Shown piece by piece: positions 25,283 through 37,730 of a DNA stretch of 64,000 bases; within the stretch, counting starts at the first letter, position 1, and every line of letters starts with the position of its first letter. Source of the stretch: Felis catus. Its lineage: Eukaryota. A model generated the notes under the pieces. It did no database searches and was not told the origin of the DNA. It saw nothing but the letters and a program-made list of their open reading frames with translations. The stretch is taken from the NCBI RefSeq assembly GCF_018350175.1, contig NC_058369.1, positions 19,036,001 through 19,100,000 on the forward strand, read 5' to 3'. The translations under genes and the position numbers were made by a program.

Positions 25283-26274
25283 GTAAGTGCCTGGAATTCT
25301 GTTCCTTAGAAGTAAAGATCCAGCATCATAGCTCCTCCGTGTCTCCAGGAGTGCTATCTGGTAGTATGCATTGCTGAGCACTGAGCTCTTCTTCCTTAGT
25401 TCAGATGAACTGAGGGTCAGAGCAAGGTCAGCCACCATTCCTGCTTCCCAGGCTGCTGTCTGTGGCCATAGAGGGTTCTGGGTCTATTGGCCTGTTGGAG
25501 GCACCTTCTCAAGGGACATATGCCATGCTTTTCTATTGATGATGAACTGAAAGCAGTGCCTTGACTTAAACCTCTCCTTGGTTACCCTTTCTGGGGGTGG
25601 TTACAGGGGAATTAGTGTTTTGAAAGGCTGGTTCTGTGGGAGTTATATATTTTTTGGATATTAAAAGGTTTCCAAGGATATGGAACTTTAGGTACTGTGG
25701 CATCATACCTCTGTTAAACTCTAATATTCTTCTCAAAAGGCAGATTTAAAGATTTTAGGCCATACTCTTCTTAGAAGTCTAGCCAGATTGTAAATGAGCA
25801 TGAAAATAAAATTTGTCATTTTTCATTGCTGCTTAGTTTCAAAAATAATTGTGAAAAATTTACAAAGTTTCAGGGTGTCTGGGTGCCTCAGTCAGTTAAG
25901 CAGCCAACTCTTGATTTTGGCTCAGATCACAATCTCACGGTTTGTGAGTTGGAGCCCTACATCAGGCTCTGTGCTAACAGTGCAGAGCCGGCTTGGGATT
26001 CTCTCTCTCTCCTGCTCTCATGTGCATGTGCACTCTCTCTTTCTCTCTCTCTTTCTCAAAATGAATAAACTTTTTAAAAAAGTTACAAAGTTCCTGAACC
26101 AGGATTCATTAAAAAGTTCATTATAGAACTTGGTAAAATTCAGTAAAAACTTTAGTTTGACATTTTGTTAATCTCAGTGAAATATAATTTGAATAGCTGT
26201 GGTTGTCATCGACCAAAGTATCATATTTCATGATGTACTACTTTATGGTGTCATTTTATGAAAACATTTAACTT

Positions 26275-28620
26275 TTTTAAAAATTGTGATAAAATACACA
26301 TTAAATTTATCATTTTAACCATTTTAAAACATATAATTCGGTGGCATTAAGTACATTCACAGTGTCGTACAACCGTCAATACTATCTAGTTCTAGAACTT
26401 TTTCCATAACCTCAGAAAGAAACCCTGTATCTATTAGCAGTCACTCCTCATTCTCTTTTTCCTCACTTCCTAGGAAACCACTAATCTACTTTCTAGCTCT
26501 GTGGATTTGCCTATTCCAGATATTTCATCTAAGTGGAATCATATAATATGTGGTCTTTTGTGTCTGCCTTCAAACTCAGCATGTTGTCAAGGTTTATCCA
26601 CGCTGTGGATCAGTACCTCATTCATTTCTAGGCCGAATAATTATTATCTGGCTATACCACATTTTGTTTATCCATTCATCAGTTTATGGACATTTGGGTT
26701 GTTTCCACATCTTGTCTATTGTGAATAAGACTGCTGTGAATATTCATTCATGTACAGGTTTTTGCTTGAACACACATTTTCAGTTCTTTTGGGTATATAC
26801 CCAGGAATTGTCAGGTCATATGTTACTTTTATGTTTTAACTCTTTGAGGAATCAACAAACTGTTTTCTATAGACGGCATCTGCACCATTTTACATGCCCA
26901 CCCTCAATAAATGAGAGTTCCAATTTCTGCACAGTTCTTGCCAACATTTGTAAATTTTAACCCCCTTTTAAAAAAAGATTTTTAAGTAATTTCTACACCC
27001 AAAGTGGGGCTCTAAATCACAACCCCAAGATCAAGAGTCAGACACTCTACCAACTGAGCCTGCCAGGCACCCCAACCCTTATTTGATAAATAGCCATCCT
27101 GGTGGGTGTGAAATAATATCTCATGATTTTAACTTGCATTTCCCTGTGACTAATGATGTTGAGCATCTTTTTTATGTGCTTATTGCCACTTATATATATT
27201 CTTTGGAGAAATGTTTATTCAAGTCCTTTGCCCATTTTTAATGAGTTGTCTTTTTGTAATTAAGTTGTGAAAGTTATTTATATATTTTGGATATAAAACC
27301 CTTATCAGATATGTGATTTGCAAATATGTTCTCCCATCCTGTGTGTTGTCTTTGACTTTCTATTTTATTTTTTTTATTTTTTTATTATTTATTATTTTTT
27401 TATTTATTTATTCATGAGAGAGAGTGCAGACAAGCAGGAGCAAGGGAGAGGGACAGAGGGAGAGAGAGAATCTTAAGCAGGCTCCACACTCAGCACAGAG
27501 CCTGATGCGTGGCTTGATCATGGGTGTCCTGGGAAGCTGAAGTTAAGAGTTGGATGCTCAACTGACTGAGCCACCCAGACGCCCCTGTCTTTCACTTTCT
27601 TATAGTGTTTTTTGCATAAAAATTGTGATAAAGTCTAGTTCAGCTGTTTTTTCTTTTGTTGTTTGTCTTTTGGTATCATGAAACCATTGTCAAATCCAAG
27701 GTGATGAAGATTTACCCCTGTTTTCTTCTGAGAATTTTATAGTTTTGGCTTTTATATTTAGATGTTTCATCTGTTTTGAGTTAATTTTTGTTCATGCTGT
27801 GCAGCTTCATTCTTTGGCATGTGGGTATCCAGTCGTCCCAGCAGCATTTATTTAATCACAATTCTTTACCTATTGAGTGGTCTTGCACTCTTATTGGAAA
27901 TCAATCGACAGGGGTCTATAGGTTGATTTCTATCGACACTCAATTTTATTCTTTTGATCTATATTTTTTTCCTTATGCTAGTACCATGCTGTTTTGATTA
28001 TTGTAGTTCTGTAGTAAATTTTGGAATTGATAAGTATGTCCTTCAGCTTTGTTCCTTTTTTTCTTTTTTTTTTTTTTTTTAGAGTTAGAGAAAGCACATG
28101 AGCAGGGAAGGGGCAGAGCAGGCGGGGTGGACAGAGGATCTGAAGCAGACCCTACTCTGACAGAGAGCCCGATGTAGCACTTGAACTCATGAGCCATGAG
28201 ATCATGACCGGGGCCAAAGCTGGACGCTTAACCAGTTGAGCCACCCAGGCACCCGATCTTTGTTCTTTCTTAAAATTGTTTTGGCTAGGGGCACCTGGGT
28301 GGCTCAGTTAAGCAGCCAACTCTTAATTTCAGCTCAGGTCATGATCTCACAGTTTGTGAATTTGAGCCCTGTGTCGGGCTCTGCGCTGACAGTGCGGCAC
28401 CTGCTGGAATTCTCTATCTCCTCTCTCTGCCCCTCTCCCACTCATGATTTTTCTCACTCTCTCTCCCTCTCTCTGTCTCAAATAAATAAACATTAAAAAA
28501 ATTAAGTAAAATTGTTTTGGCTATTCAGGATCTTTTGTAATTCCACATAAATTTAAAGAAAAACTTTTCCATTTCTGCAAAAAAAAAAAAAAAAAAAAAG
28601 ACCATTAGGATATTGATAAC
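26275..28620 (-). mobile_element. Old L1M (L1MB-like) 3' region interrupted by four SINEs
   Basis: Antisense L1 hallmarks: ggacatttgggttgtttccac, gatgttgagcatctttt, ctttggagaaatgtttattcaagtcctttgccc, gctagtaccatgctgttttgattattgtag. Confidence 0.85.
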
Positions 28621-29024
28621 ATTTAACATTTTAATAGTGATTACCTCTACATTTTGATATTATGGGTGATTCCTCCCTCTTTTATACTTTCTTAATCAGC
28701 TATAATGCACAAGTATTATTTCTTTTATAATCAGAGTTGGAGGAAGCTAGCATTAAAGGGGCAATTTTGAACTCTATTTTCTGTTAACTAGCAGAAAACA
28801 GATGTTGATATCTGATGTCAAAATTGTATAGCTGTTGCCAAAACTATTGCTTGAAAGAGCAGAGTGGCTTGGTTACATTGTCCCCTAAGATGACAAGCCA
28901 CTTGCTTAGCTGTTTCAGGAGTACTTTGTAATTTCTGTGCTGTTTTGGAATGGTTGAGGGATCAACCCTGCATATGTGACCTTTGTCTTTATGTGGAGTG
29001 CACCAACTTTAAAAACAATATTTA

Positions 29025-29481
29025 GGGGCGCCTGGGTGGTTCAGTCAGTTAAGCGTCCGGCTTCAGCTCAGGTCACGATCTCACGGTCCGTGAGTTCGAG
29101 CCCTGCGTCGGGCTCTGGGCTGATGGCTCAGAGCCTGGAGCCTGCTTCCGATTCTGTGTCTCCCTCTCTCTCTGCCCCTCCCCCGTTCATGCTCTGTCTC
29201 TCTCTGTCTCAAAAATAAAACGTTAGGGGCGCCTGGGTGGCGCAGTCGGTTAAGCATCCGACTTCAGCCAGGTCACCATCTCGCGGTCCGTGGGTTCGAG
29301 CCCCGCATCAGGCTCTGGGCTGATGGCTCAGAGCCTGGAGCCTGTTTCCGATTCTGTGTCTCCCTCTCTCTCTGCCCCTCCCCCGTTCATGCTGTGTCTC
29401 TCTCTGTCCCAAAAATAAATAAAAAACGTTGAAAAAAAAAAAGTTTTAAAAATAAAACGTTAAAAAAAAAATTAAAAAAAA
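29025..29481 (+). mobile_element. Can-SINE with a younger Can-SINE (from 29226) inserted in its tail
   Basis: Outer TSD TAAAAACAATATTTA (29010 and 29482); inner TSD AAAAATAAAACGTTA. Confidence 0.9.
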
Positions 29482-29494
29482 TAAAAACAATATT

Positions 29495-29820
29495 TATAGC
29501 AGTATGATTTATAATGGCCCAGGAGTGGAAACAACTGAATGTCCATAACTGATGAATGGATAGACAGACAACGTGTGGTACAGCCATATAGTGGAATGCT
29601 ATTTGGCAATTGAATGAAGTACTGAAACATGTTACAACATGGATGAACTTTGGAAACACTATGCCAGACACAAAAGACATTATATTGTACTATTCCATGG
29701 GACTGGTGAGTATGGGGCCAATGAAGACATTCTAAAGTTAGACTGTAGTGATGGTTGCACTCCCACATATACTGGAAATTACTGGACATGTGAAACAGGT
29801 GAAGGTTATGGTACTTAAAA
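29495..29820 (+). mobile_element. Old L1M 3' fragment
   Basis: ggaaacaactgaatgtccataactgatgaatggata...acaacatggatgaac resembles the L1 ORF2 end and 3'UTR. Confidence 0.7.
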
Positions 29821-31592
29821 AAAACCAAGGTGACTGGGGGGGTGGGTGGGAAGGTGGACAAAAACCAAGGTTAGGCTTCTGACCTACCACTGACATCTCT
29901 TCTGTAATAACAAGCAGCCTCCAAATCCTAGTGACTTAAATTGATATACATATTCTTTTTTAAATTTTTTTAATGTTTGTTTTATTTTTGAGAGAGACTG
30001 AGCGTGAACAGGAGAGAGGCAGAGACAGAGACACAGAATCTGAAACAGGCTCCAGGCTCTGAGCTGTCCGCACAGAGCCCAATGTGGGGCTCGAACTCAT
30101 CAACTGCGAGATCATGATCTCAGCTGAAGTCAGACGCTTAACTGACTGAGCCACCCAGGCGCCCCACATATTCTTACTTTGAATTACATGTTTGGAGCTA
30201 TGGGTCATTATTTCAGTTCTCCACAGCCTCTCTTTCTGGGATGCAGGTGGATGGAACAGTCTCAATGTGGTATTGCTCTCCCCGTGGCTGAGGGAGAGAA
30301 TGAGAGGCTCGTTCTCACAAAGCGATGACTCTTAGAGCTTCTGCCAGGCCCACTCACACTGTTGGCCAAAGGTGACAATAGAGAGGGGAGGGCAGTCATG
30401 TTGCAGAGAGGTACCACAGTCACTTGACAGTAGACAGGGGCTCTGACACAGAGACGGGAACAACAAAATAATCAATTATAATGACTTTACTCGAGTTACT
30501 TACCCTCTCCAAGCCTGTTTCATCTTCTACAAAATGAGGAGATAATAGTTGTCCAAATCATTTAAGTGACGATGTGTGAAACAGGCCTGGTACCTGGTGT
30601 GTGCTGTTTACTCACTAGTTTCTGCTTCTGTGATTATTGTTCTCTCCTCCATCTGGCATTCCTTACTTGCCCCACAAGGCCCTGCTCAAATAGCAGCATT
30701 TTCTTCATGGTTCCTGCTCTTTGGTTTCCTGCCAGTCAACTCTCTGTCCTCATACTACTTAGAAGCTCATTGGCAAAAGTTCAGGGTCTTTGGGGTTGGG
30801 CAATGTGCTTAACTTTTTATTCATAGGTTCAGACAAGAAGAACTACATTCACATTGCTTCAGTACGTTCCTCCTGTTTTGTTGCCCCTTTTTAAAATCAG
30901 TGTTTGACTAAGGGGAATTGATAAATGAATTCTCAGTTCCAGCCAAGCCTGGTTGGGGCTGTCATAAGCAGTTCAGAATGAAATGTTGGATGCAGACTGT
31001 GAATGGCAATGGCTTTGAGGCAGTAGTATCCTATAAACCACTTAACAACCAGTTTTCTTTTCTTTTGTTTTTTTAATTTTTAAAAATTGTCTTAATGTTT
31101 ATTTATTTAGTTTTTTGACAGAGAGGAAGCTGAGGATGGGCAGAGACAGAGAGGGATAGAGAAATCCCAAGCAGGTTCCATGCTGTCAGCACAGAGCCTG
31201 ATGCGGTGCTCGAACTCATGAACTGTGTGAGATCAGGACCTGAGCCGAAACCAAGAGTCGGATGCTTAACCGACTGAGCCACCCAGGCGTCCCTAACCGT
31301 CCAATTTTCTTAGTTAAATTTATTTCCTATAGAAGTCTTTGTTCTGGGCAAAAGCATTTGGGACTGCTCCAGAGCTAGGTGCCCTGTTGGAACGCAGCTC
31401 TCAAACAGCAGCTCGCCAGATTCTGTCTGCCTGCTCTGGTGAATGGGGGGGACATCAGATTTGTTAGGCTTTATGGTGACCTGGGATATGGTTTATTTCT
31501 TTCATGTTTGGCAGGTACTGTTGTGTTCAATATACATAAGATTTTTAAAAATGCCTTGGGTCAAATTTAAAGTCTTTCCCTTTCCCATGCAG

Positions 31593-31653
31593 TGTAAGGC
31601 CAGCGTAGCTGGGTACCGATCTTCATGTTCACTCTGCAAGTGCCCAAGGGAAG
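31593..31653 (+). CDS. RBM6: RBM6 exon 8 (rest of C-x2-C-x10-C-x2-C zinc finger): CKASVAGYRSSCSLCKCPRE
   Basis: Acceptor tttccctttcccatgcag, donor AAG|gtgagt. 61 nt; the frame continues from exon 7 into exon 9. Confidence 0.93.
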
Positions 31654-33456
31654 GTGAGTGGTGGCAGAGGTGGTGGTGGTAGCTTCTGTTTTGTGTACTG
31701 AGCAAAACAAACTTCATGTTCTCTTTGACTTTAAAGAGTGGTCATCCCTAAATACAAGTTGATCTGTAAAGCTCTTCAAAGTGCATTGTGATCTCTGCCC
31801 TCATGTGACCTGTTTCTGAATGGTACTGGATGTCAGAGTTCTGCCAGGGGAAAGAGCTGGGTTTGCAGGATCCTCACACTGAGGGGGCTAAGTGAGCAGC
31901 TGACTAGAGATCAGTAGTAGTGCTGTTTAGAGTACAGTTAAGGATGTTAAGTTGAGAAAGAGTCCATGCAGCATTAGTCCATGTGACCCTTACCCCCACT
32001 GCTTTGAAGTTATTGCGAATCATTTTTATCGAAATGCTGTTCTTATTTACACTCTACCTAAACATTTCAGAATCTTCAACAAAAATATTTGTTAAGATAA
32101 CAGTAAAAATATGAACAAGAGAAAATAGGATTGAGAGTATAGGTTGTTTTTATAGAAGGATAAACCTAATAGCTTCTCAGTCCCTGAACTTTAAAGTAAA
32201 TCTCTGCAGAGAACCTTTAGTTAGACAACCTCCAGGAGTCTGTCAAGGGCATCTGTAACAACAGTCCTAGAGTGGTGACTGTTATGTGCCTGTTTCTGAT
32301 ATTACCCCTTCAGGAGAGCTAGGGCGTGACCATAAAATACAGTTCAGTGTATGGATCCAGGTAGCCTTCTGAAGGACCTGTTGGTTCCAAGTTTAGAACT
32401 TAAATGCCTCAAAGAGTTTCTTAGCTGGGATTTTGAGCTGTAGTGGAGAGTTTGCTCCCTAGTAAGGACTGTGAATCAGCTGTTCTGAAAATCTTTTAAG
32501 GAAGGCCCTACATGCTGTAGAGACCAAACCAATCTCTGAGAAGGTGAGTAAATAACTGAGATTTTTAAACTTGTATTACTTCAGATTAGGCAAAATTGTG
32601 TTTTTTCCCTCAAGAAAGATTTCTTTCTCCATATATTCTAACAAATGAAAGGACGGTTTATAAAAATCCTTGGGTACCATACCACCAAGAGGGCTGAGAC
32701 GACTTTAACATGGAAACATGTAAAGCAGGTATTCGCTAATTGCCTGTCACTGCTATTAAGCAGTCTATATTGCTCCTATAGAATGTCTTTTTTTGAGCCA
32801 CATGACTTTCTGTGAACCCTCCAAGACTGAATTAATTGCAAAACTATGCTCCTAGTTAATTGGACTAATTGTCCTGCTATAGAAAGAGATTTGAAGTGAA
32901 TCAGTTATATTTTGAAGGACATTTGCTCATTATAATTATTTGCATGTGAATGAGCCATATTTAGGTAGGTCTGTTAACTTCCTAGAGAAGAGGGGGCCCA
33001 CCCATGGTCTTGGAGAATTTGAAGCAGCTGTCATAGTATCATAACACTGGAAGAAGCAAGGCTCCTAGACATAAACATTTGGAAAATATGTTTCTACCAA
33101 ACTTCTGGCAATAATCATATCTTTGGTAATTTTGTTGCCAAATGTATTCTTATCATTGGTTTTAGTATTCAGGCCTGGAGTCTCATGAAGGATTTCTTAT
33201 ATTTAAATGTTTGGAAAGTAATAGAGAACTCATAAGATGAAATTTTTTCAATAATTGAGTGGTTTCTTTGAAGTATAACATATGCGGACTCATTAGCCTT
33301 GTTTAAAATCTGTTAGAGGGCTTTTTTATAGGTATTTCTAAGACTGTTAAAAGCATTCCAATATGAGTATTTGGTGGCAGGTAAGGAGGAATCACAGCAG
33401 TAGTGTTTTTTGGATGAAACCTGCTGGAGATTCTCTTTCTGTTTCTGTTCCTCTAG

Positions 33457-33732
33457 TGACAGAGACCAAGCAAGAATTAGTAACCTATCCTCAGCCTCAG
33501 AAAACATCCATACCAGCAGCATCAGAAAAACAACCCAACCAGTCTCCAAGGTCAGGTGATAAAGAATCTGAACCTAAAAAGCGGGAAGAAGGACAAGAAC
33601 CACGCTTGGGACATCAAAAGAGAGAAGCAGAAAGATACCTGCCTCCTTCTCGAAGGGAAGGGCTTACCTTCCGAAGAGACCGAGAGAAGGAGCCATGGTC
33701 TGGGGAGACACGCCAGGATGGGGAGAGCAAAA
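33457..33732 (+). CDS. RBM6: RBM6 exon 9: (V)TETKQELVTYPQPQK...GETRQDGESK
   Basis: Acceptor ttctgttcctctag, donor AAAA|gtaagt. 276 nt, phase 1/1; contained in ORF 33363..33767. Confidence 0.95.
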
Positions 33733-34556
33733 GTAAGTGGTTTGTCAGGGGGTGTACTAGATTTTGACTACCTCAGTTGGAATTTAGATGGTCTGTTTTG
33801 TGGTTGGGGACCAGCTCTTTCCCACACCCTATTAAAACTGCTCATCTTATGGTGGAGGCTCTTGCTTTCTGCAGGCCTTGCCATACCAGTCAAAGGAATC
33901 TATATCCTCCAAATAGCAAGTTGCTATTCAAATTTCTGAGTATTGGTGAAGAAATGTTTGAAGTATATGACCAACGTTGTTTTATAGAATCAGCCTTGCT
34001 AGAGCAGAATGGCATCTGTAGTATAAAAAGAACAATCAAGGGCACCTGGGTGGCTCAGTCAATTAAAGCTTTCGACCTCAGCTCAGGTCGTGATCTCACA
34101 GTTCAGGAGTCAGAGCCTCGCATCTGGCTTTCTGCTGTCAGGACGGAGCCCACTTCAGATCCTTTGTCCCCCTTTCTCTCTGCCCCTCCCCTGCTCACGT
34201 GTGTGTGCATGCATGCACATGCGCGCTCTGTCTCTCAGAAACCAACATTTTTAGGGGCACCTGGATGGCTCAATCAGTTAAGTGTCCAACTTCGGCTCAG
34301 TCGTGATCAAGTTCATGGGTTTGAGCCCTGCATCAGGCTCTGTGCTGACAGCTCAGAACCTGGAACCTGCTTCGGATTCTGTGTGTGTGGGTGTCTCTCT
34401 CTCTCTCTCTCTGTCCCTCTTCTGCTCATGCTCTCTCTCTCTCAAAAAATGAAATGAAACAAACATTTTTTTAAAAAGACAATCAGGCTTTGAGGGCTTT
34501 GAAAATTAACCTTTCTCTTTCTTTGCTCCTTTCCCATTTGTGCATGGTTCGTTCAG

Positions 34557-34717
34557 CAATCATGCTAAAACGCATCTATCGGTCTACTCCACCTGAGGTC
34601 ATAGTGGAAGTGCTAGAGCCCTACGTCCGCCTTACTACTGCCAATGTCCGTATCATCAAGAACAGAACTGGCCCCATGGGCCACACTTACGGCTTTATTG
34701 ACCTTGACTCCCATGCG
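34557..34717 (+). CDS. RBM6: RBM6 exon 10 (RRM2): TIMLKRIYRSTPPEVIVEVLEPYVRLTTANVRIIKNRTGPMGHTYGFIDLDSHA
   Basis: Acceptor gttcgttcag, donor GCG|gtaagt. RNP2-like IMLKRI and RNP1-like TYGFIDL. 161 nt. Confidence 0.96.
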
Positions 34718-35139
34718 GTAAGTTTCCTCTGCTTTGGAATAGCCAAGGGACAGCTGGCTATAGAATCCTTAAGGATATTTGAGGGGCTTCCTTATCGTTG
34801 GAATACTCATGTGCTATCTGGCATCACAACCCCCCTTGTTCTTTCCTTTGGGTTTAATGCTCACTCAGATGAAGGGACTATCCTTTTAAAGTTAGAATTC
34901 TTGAGTGTTTTTCCAAATCTGGTTTTGTTTTATGGCATTTACAATGTCCAATTAAAATAACATGAGAACTGGGGTGCCTGGGTGGCTCAGTCAGTTAAGC
35001 ATCTGACTCTTGATTTTGGCTCAGGTCATGATCTCCCAGAATTGTAAGTTCAAGCCCTGCATCAGCACAAAGCCTGCTTGGGAGTCTCTCTCTCGCTCTC
35101 TGCCCCTTCCCTGTTCACGTGCGCCCACTGGCGCACTCT

Positions 35140-35179
35140 GGATGGATGGATGGATGGATAGATAGATAGATAGATAGAT
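35140..35179. repeat. (GGAT)n(AGAT)n compound repeat at a SINE tail
   Basis: Read directly from the sequence. Confidence 0.9.
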
Positions 35180-35734
35180 TCCTCACAAGTAACTACGTTC
35201 TTATATTACCTATGTGCTGAACCTTTCAAGATTTAGTGAATTTTCTTGTTTCTGAAATTTGTTTTGCTTAGCCATAGATGGTCTTATATTTGATGGTAAT
35301 AGGACAGTTCGCTCTTTTCCTCAAAATGTTGCTTTAATAGATTCTTGTGGCTTGAATTTTTAGTTGTTGGGCTTTCTATCTAATATTGTGAAGGTAGTAA
35401 TGAAAATCATTGGTATTTCTTAGATTTCATGGTCAGAAATCATAAGGGACTTTGTAAACTGGATCTGATGCAATGACAATTGCAGAAGAGAATTTGAATT
35501 TGAATTTCTGATATCAATACCAGAGAAACTGGTGTCTACTGTGACCACTATTCTGATCAACACTTCATCAAGACTTGCCTGTTTTTGCCAGTGTGCTCTT
35601 ACTATTACAGTTATGACCAGAACATAATGTTCAGTACATTTTTCTTTTGAGAAGGAAAATCCATGTTCAGTTCTCTTTCAAAGGACATGGCCTTTCCTCT
35701 CTCCCTGTGCTGAAATGTATCTTTGGTTCCCCAG

Positions 35735-35832
35735 GAAGCTCTTCGTGTAGTGAAGATCTTACAGAACCTTGATCCGCCATTTAGTATCGATGGGAAGATG
35801 GTAGCTGTAAACTTGGCCACTGGAAAACGAAG
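35735..35832 (+). CDS. RBM6: RBM6 exon 11 (RRM2 C-terminal half): EALRVVKILQNLDPPFSIDGKMVAVNLATGKR
   Basis: Acceptor ctttggttccccag, donor AAG|gtaagg. 98 nt, frame consistent with neighbours. Confidence 0.95.
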
Positions 35833-36505
35833 GTAAGGCAGAGGAGTGGGCCTCCTTTGTGATTCCCCTACTCAGGTTTTTGGGAGGAAACTGATAAAAG
35901 GCAGAGATAGTAAGACATGGTATCTTCTGATATGGGTTGCTTCAGATACGTATGCGTGTTTTCTTTTTCTGAAGCTTGCCTTATTCTGACTCTAGATTTT
36001 TTTTTTCTCCCCCTTAAATAGCACTACTAGATACTTTAGTCCCTTTCCTCTTCACTTCCTGGTATCTTTGGGTCTCAAATGATGATACTGTCTTGGATGT
36101 GCAGAAAAATCTTGATATATCCTTGCCCCTTGGAATCCTAAGAAAATGATGTCCTGACGCCCCACTTCCCTGGCCCTGTTCATATACTCCCACAGTACTA
36201 GGAAACGTAATTCCTCTTTACTCCTATATTTATCTTGCCCCAGGAGCGGTAACTGGGAAGTGGCTGCGTTGGAGAGGCAGGCTTACAGGGATGGAGCAGA
36301 TCTTGCTCTAGCACCCTCACTTCCTTTGCTCTTTTGCTTCAGCAGTGGCTTTGTAGGAGCCTCCATACTGCCAGGCCTGCTTGCTGTCTGGGTTGGTAGC
36401 TCTCCCTGCAAAATGGGGGAAAGAACGTTTCTTGGCAAATCTGTAGGCAGTCCTCAGGGATTTTTTTGGTAGCAGACTCAAGACCTGTTGTATTATTTGT
36501 TACAG

Positions 36506-36548
36506 AAATGATTCTGGGGACCATTCTGACCACATGCACTACTATCAG
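36506..36548 (+). CDS. RBM6: RBM6 exon 12: (R)NDSGDHSDHMHYYQ
   Basis: Acceptor tatttgttacag, donor CAG|gtaggt. 43 nt. Confidence 0.92.
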
Positions 36549-36623
36549 GTAGGTGTCAGCAGTTGGGGAGTACTCTGAGAGCTATCAGAAGTTCCATAAT
36601 TTTAACTTGCCTTTCTGTGATAG

Positions 36624-36705
36624 GGTAAAAAGTATTTCCGAGATAGGAGAGGAGCAGGCAGAAATTCAGACTGGTCTTCAGATACAAATCGACAAGGACA
36701 ACAGT
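36624..36705 (+). CDS. RBM6: RBM6 exon 13: GKKYFRDRRGAGRNSDWSSDTNRQGQQ
   Basis: Follows a 75-nt intron. Acceptor ctttctgtgatag, donor AGT|gtaagt. 82 nt. Confidence 0.92.
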
Positions 36706-36951
36706 GTAAGTGACTTGTTTTATTTCTTTTGGTCTTTTTGGCTTGACTACTCATTAACTGAAATCTTTGTAGTCACAAAGTTAGCAAGAGATACTGTTGA
36801 CTGGGGTGCTCCTTCAGAGAGAGCACCATCTGTGGGTTCTGCACCTGTTTGGGTTGGCCAACCCCATTCTTGGGTTGTTCTTGGTAAGTTCCCAGCAACG
36901 GCTTCACTGGGCAAGGACTAACTAACATTGGCTTGGTTTTGTTCCCACTAG

Positions 36952-37037
36952 CATCATCTGACTGCTACATATATGATTCTGCTACTGGCTACTATTATGA
37001 CCCTTTGGCAGGCACTTATTATGACCCCAACACTCAG
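36952..37037 (+). CDS. RBM6: RBM6 exon 14 (Tyr-rich OCRE-like repeats): SSSDCYIYDSATGYYYDPLAGTYYDPNTQ
   Basis: Acceptor ttttgttcccactag, donor CAG|gtgagt. YxYD/YYYD octamer repeats typical of the RBM5/6/10 OCRE domain. Confidence 0.95.
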
Positions 37038-37583
37038 GTGAGTTTTTGGTTGGTTTACTTGGTCACTGATTCTTTGGAGAAAAGTATCTGTAATTTGTTA
37101 CTGTGAAGATTTTATTCCCTGGATTTTCTGGTTGCTCATTAAATGAAAAGTGACAATATTGAAATTTATAGAAGTTTCACTATTTCTCCATTCCTGGCAG
37201 CTGCTCTGTTATATTGTCTGTACCTCATGTCTAGTCGAGTGTCTTTTAGAGTCCACCTGTTATATCATGTTGTGTTTATTGAGTTGTGTTCATTCAGGAT
37301 TTAAAGATGGTGACCTTTCTGTTAACTGTTGCCTATATGGAAAAGCAATGCTTTGTGGCATTATAGGTAAGAACAGTGCTGCTCTTGGAAAAATGGACAG
37401 TGAGTGGTCTGGATGTTTCCTGGCCCCTGGAGAGAGTTTCTAGATTGTTTGATGTGGTCTCTTCTTAGGCTTGTGAGGAAGAGAGCCATTCTTTCCCCTA
37501 GAAGGAAACTTGCTCCTTAGACCTAGAATTAACTGAGAAAGTGAGACATTCTGCAGACTTAACAGTTTGTAACCGTATCGCAG

Positions 37584-37730
37584 CAAGAAGTCTATGTGCC
37601 CCAGGACCCTGGGTCACCTGAAGAAGAGGAGATCAAGGAAAAGAAATCCACCATTCAAGGAAAGTCAAGTAGCAAGAAGGAAGCATCTAAAAGAGATGGC
37701 AAGGAGAAAAAAGACCGAGGAGTGACAAGG
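37584..37730 (+). CDS. RBM6: RBM6 exon 15: QEVYVPQDPGSPEEEEIKEKK...KEKKDRGVTR
   Basis: Acceptor cgtatcgcag (weak pyrimidine tract), donor AGG|gtaaga. 147 nt, phase 0/0. Confidence 0.92.

Noticed and set aside
33777..34457. Longest ORF in the track (226 aa)
   Set aside because: It lies in RBM6 intron 9, starts at a non-ATG codon and mostly spans two tandem SINEs; a chance open frame.
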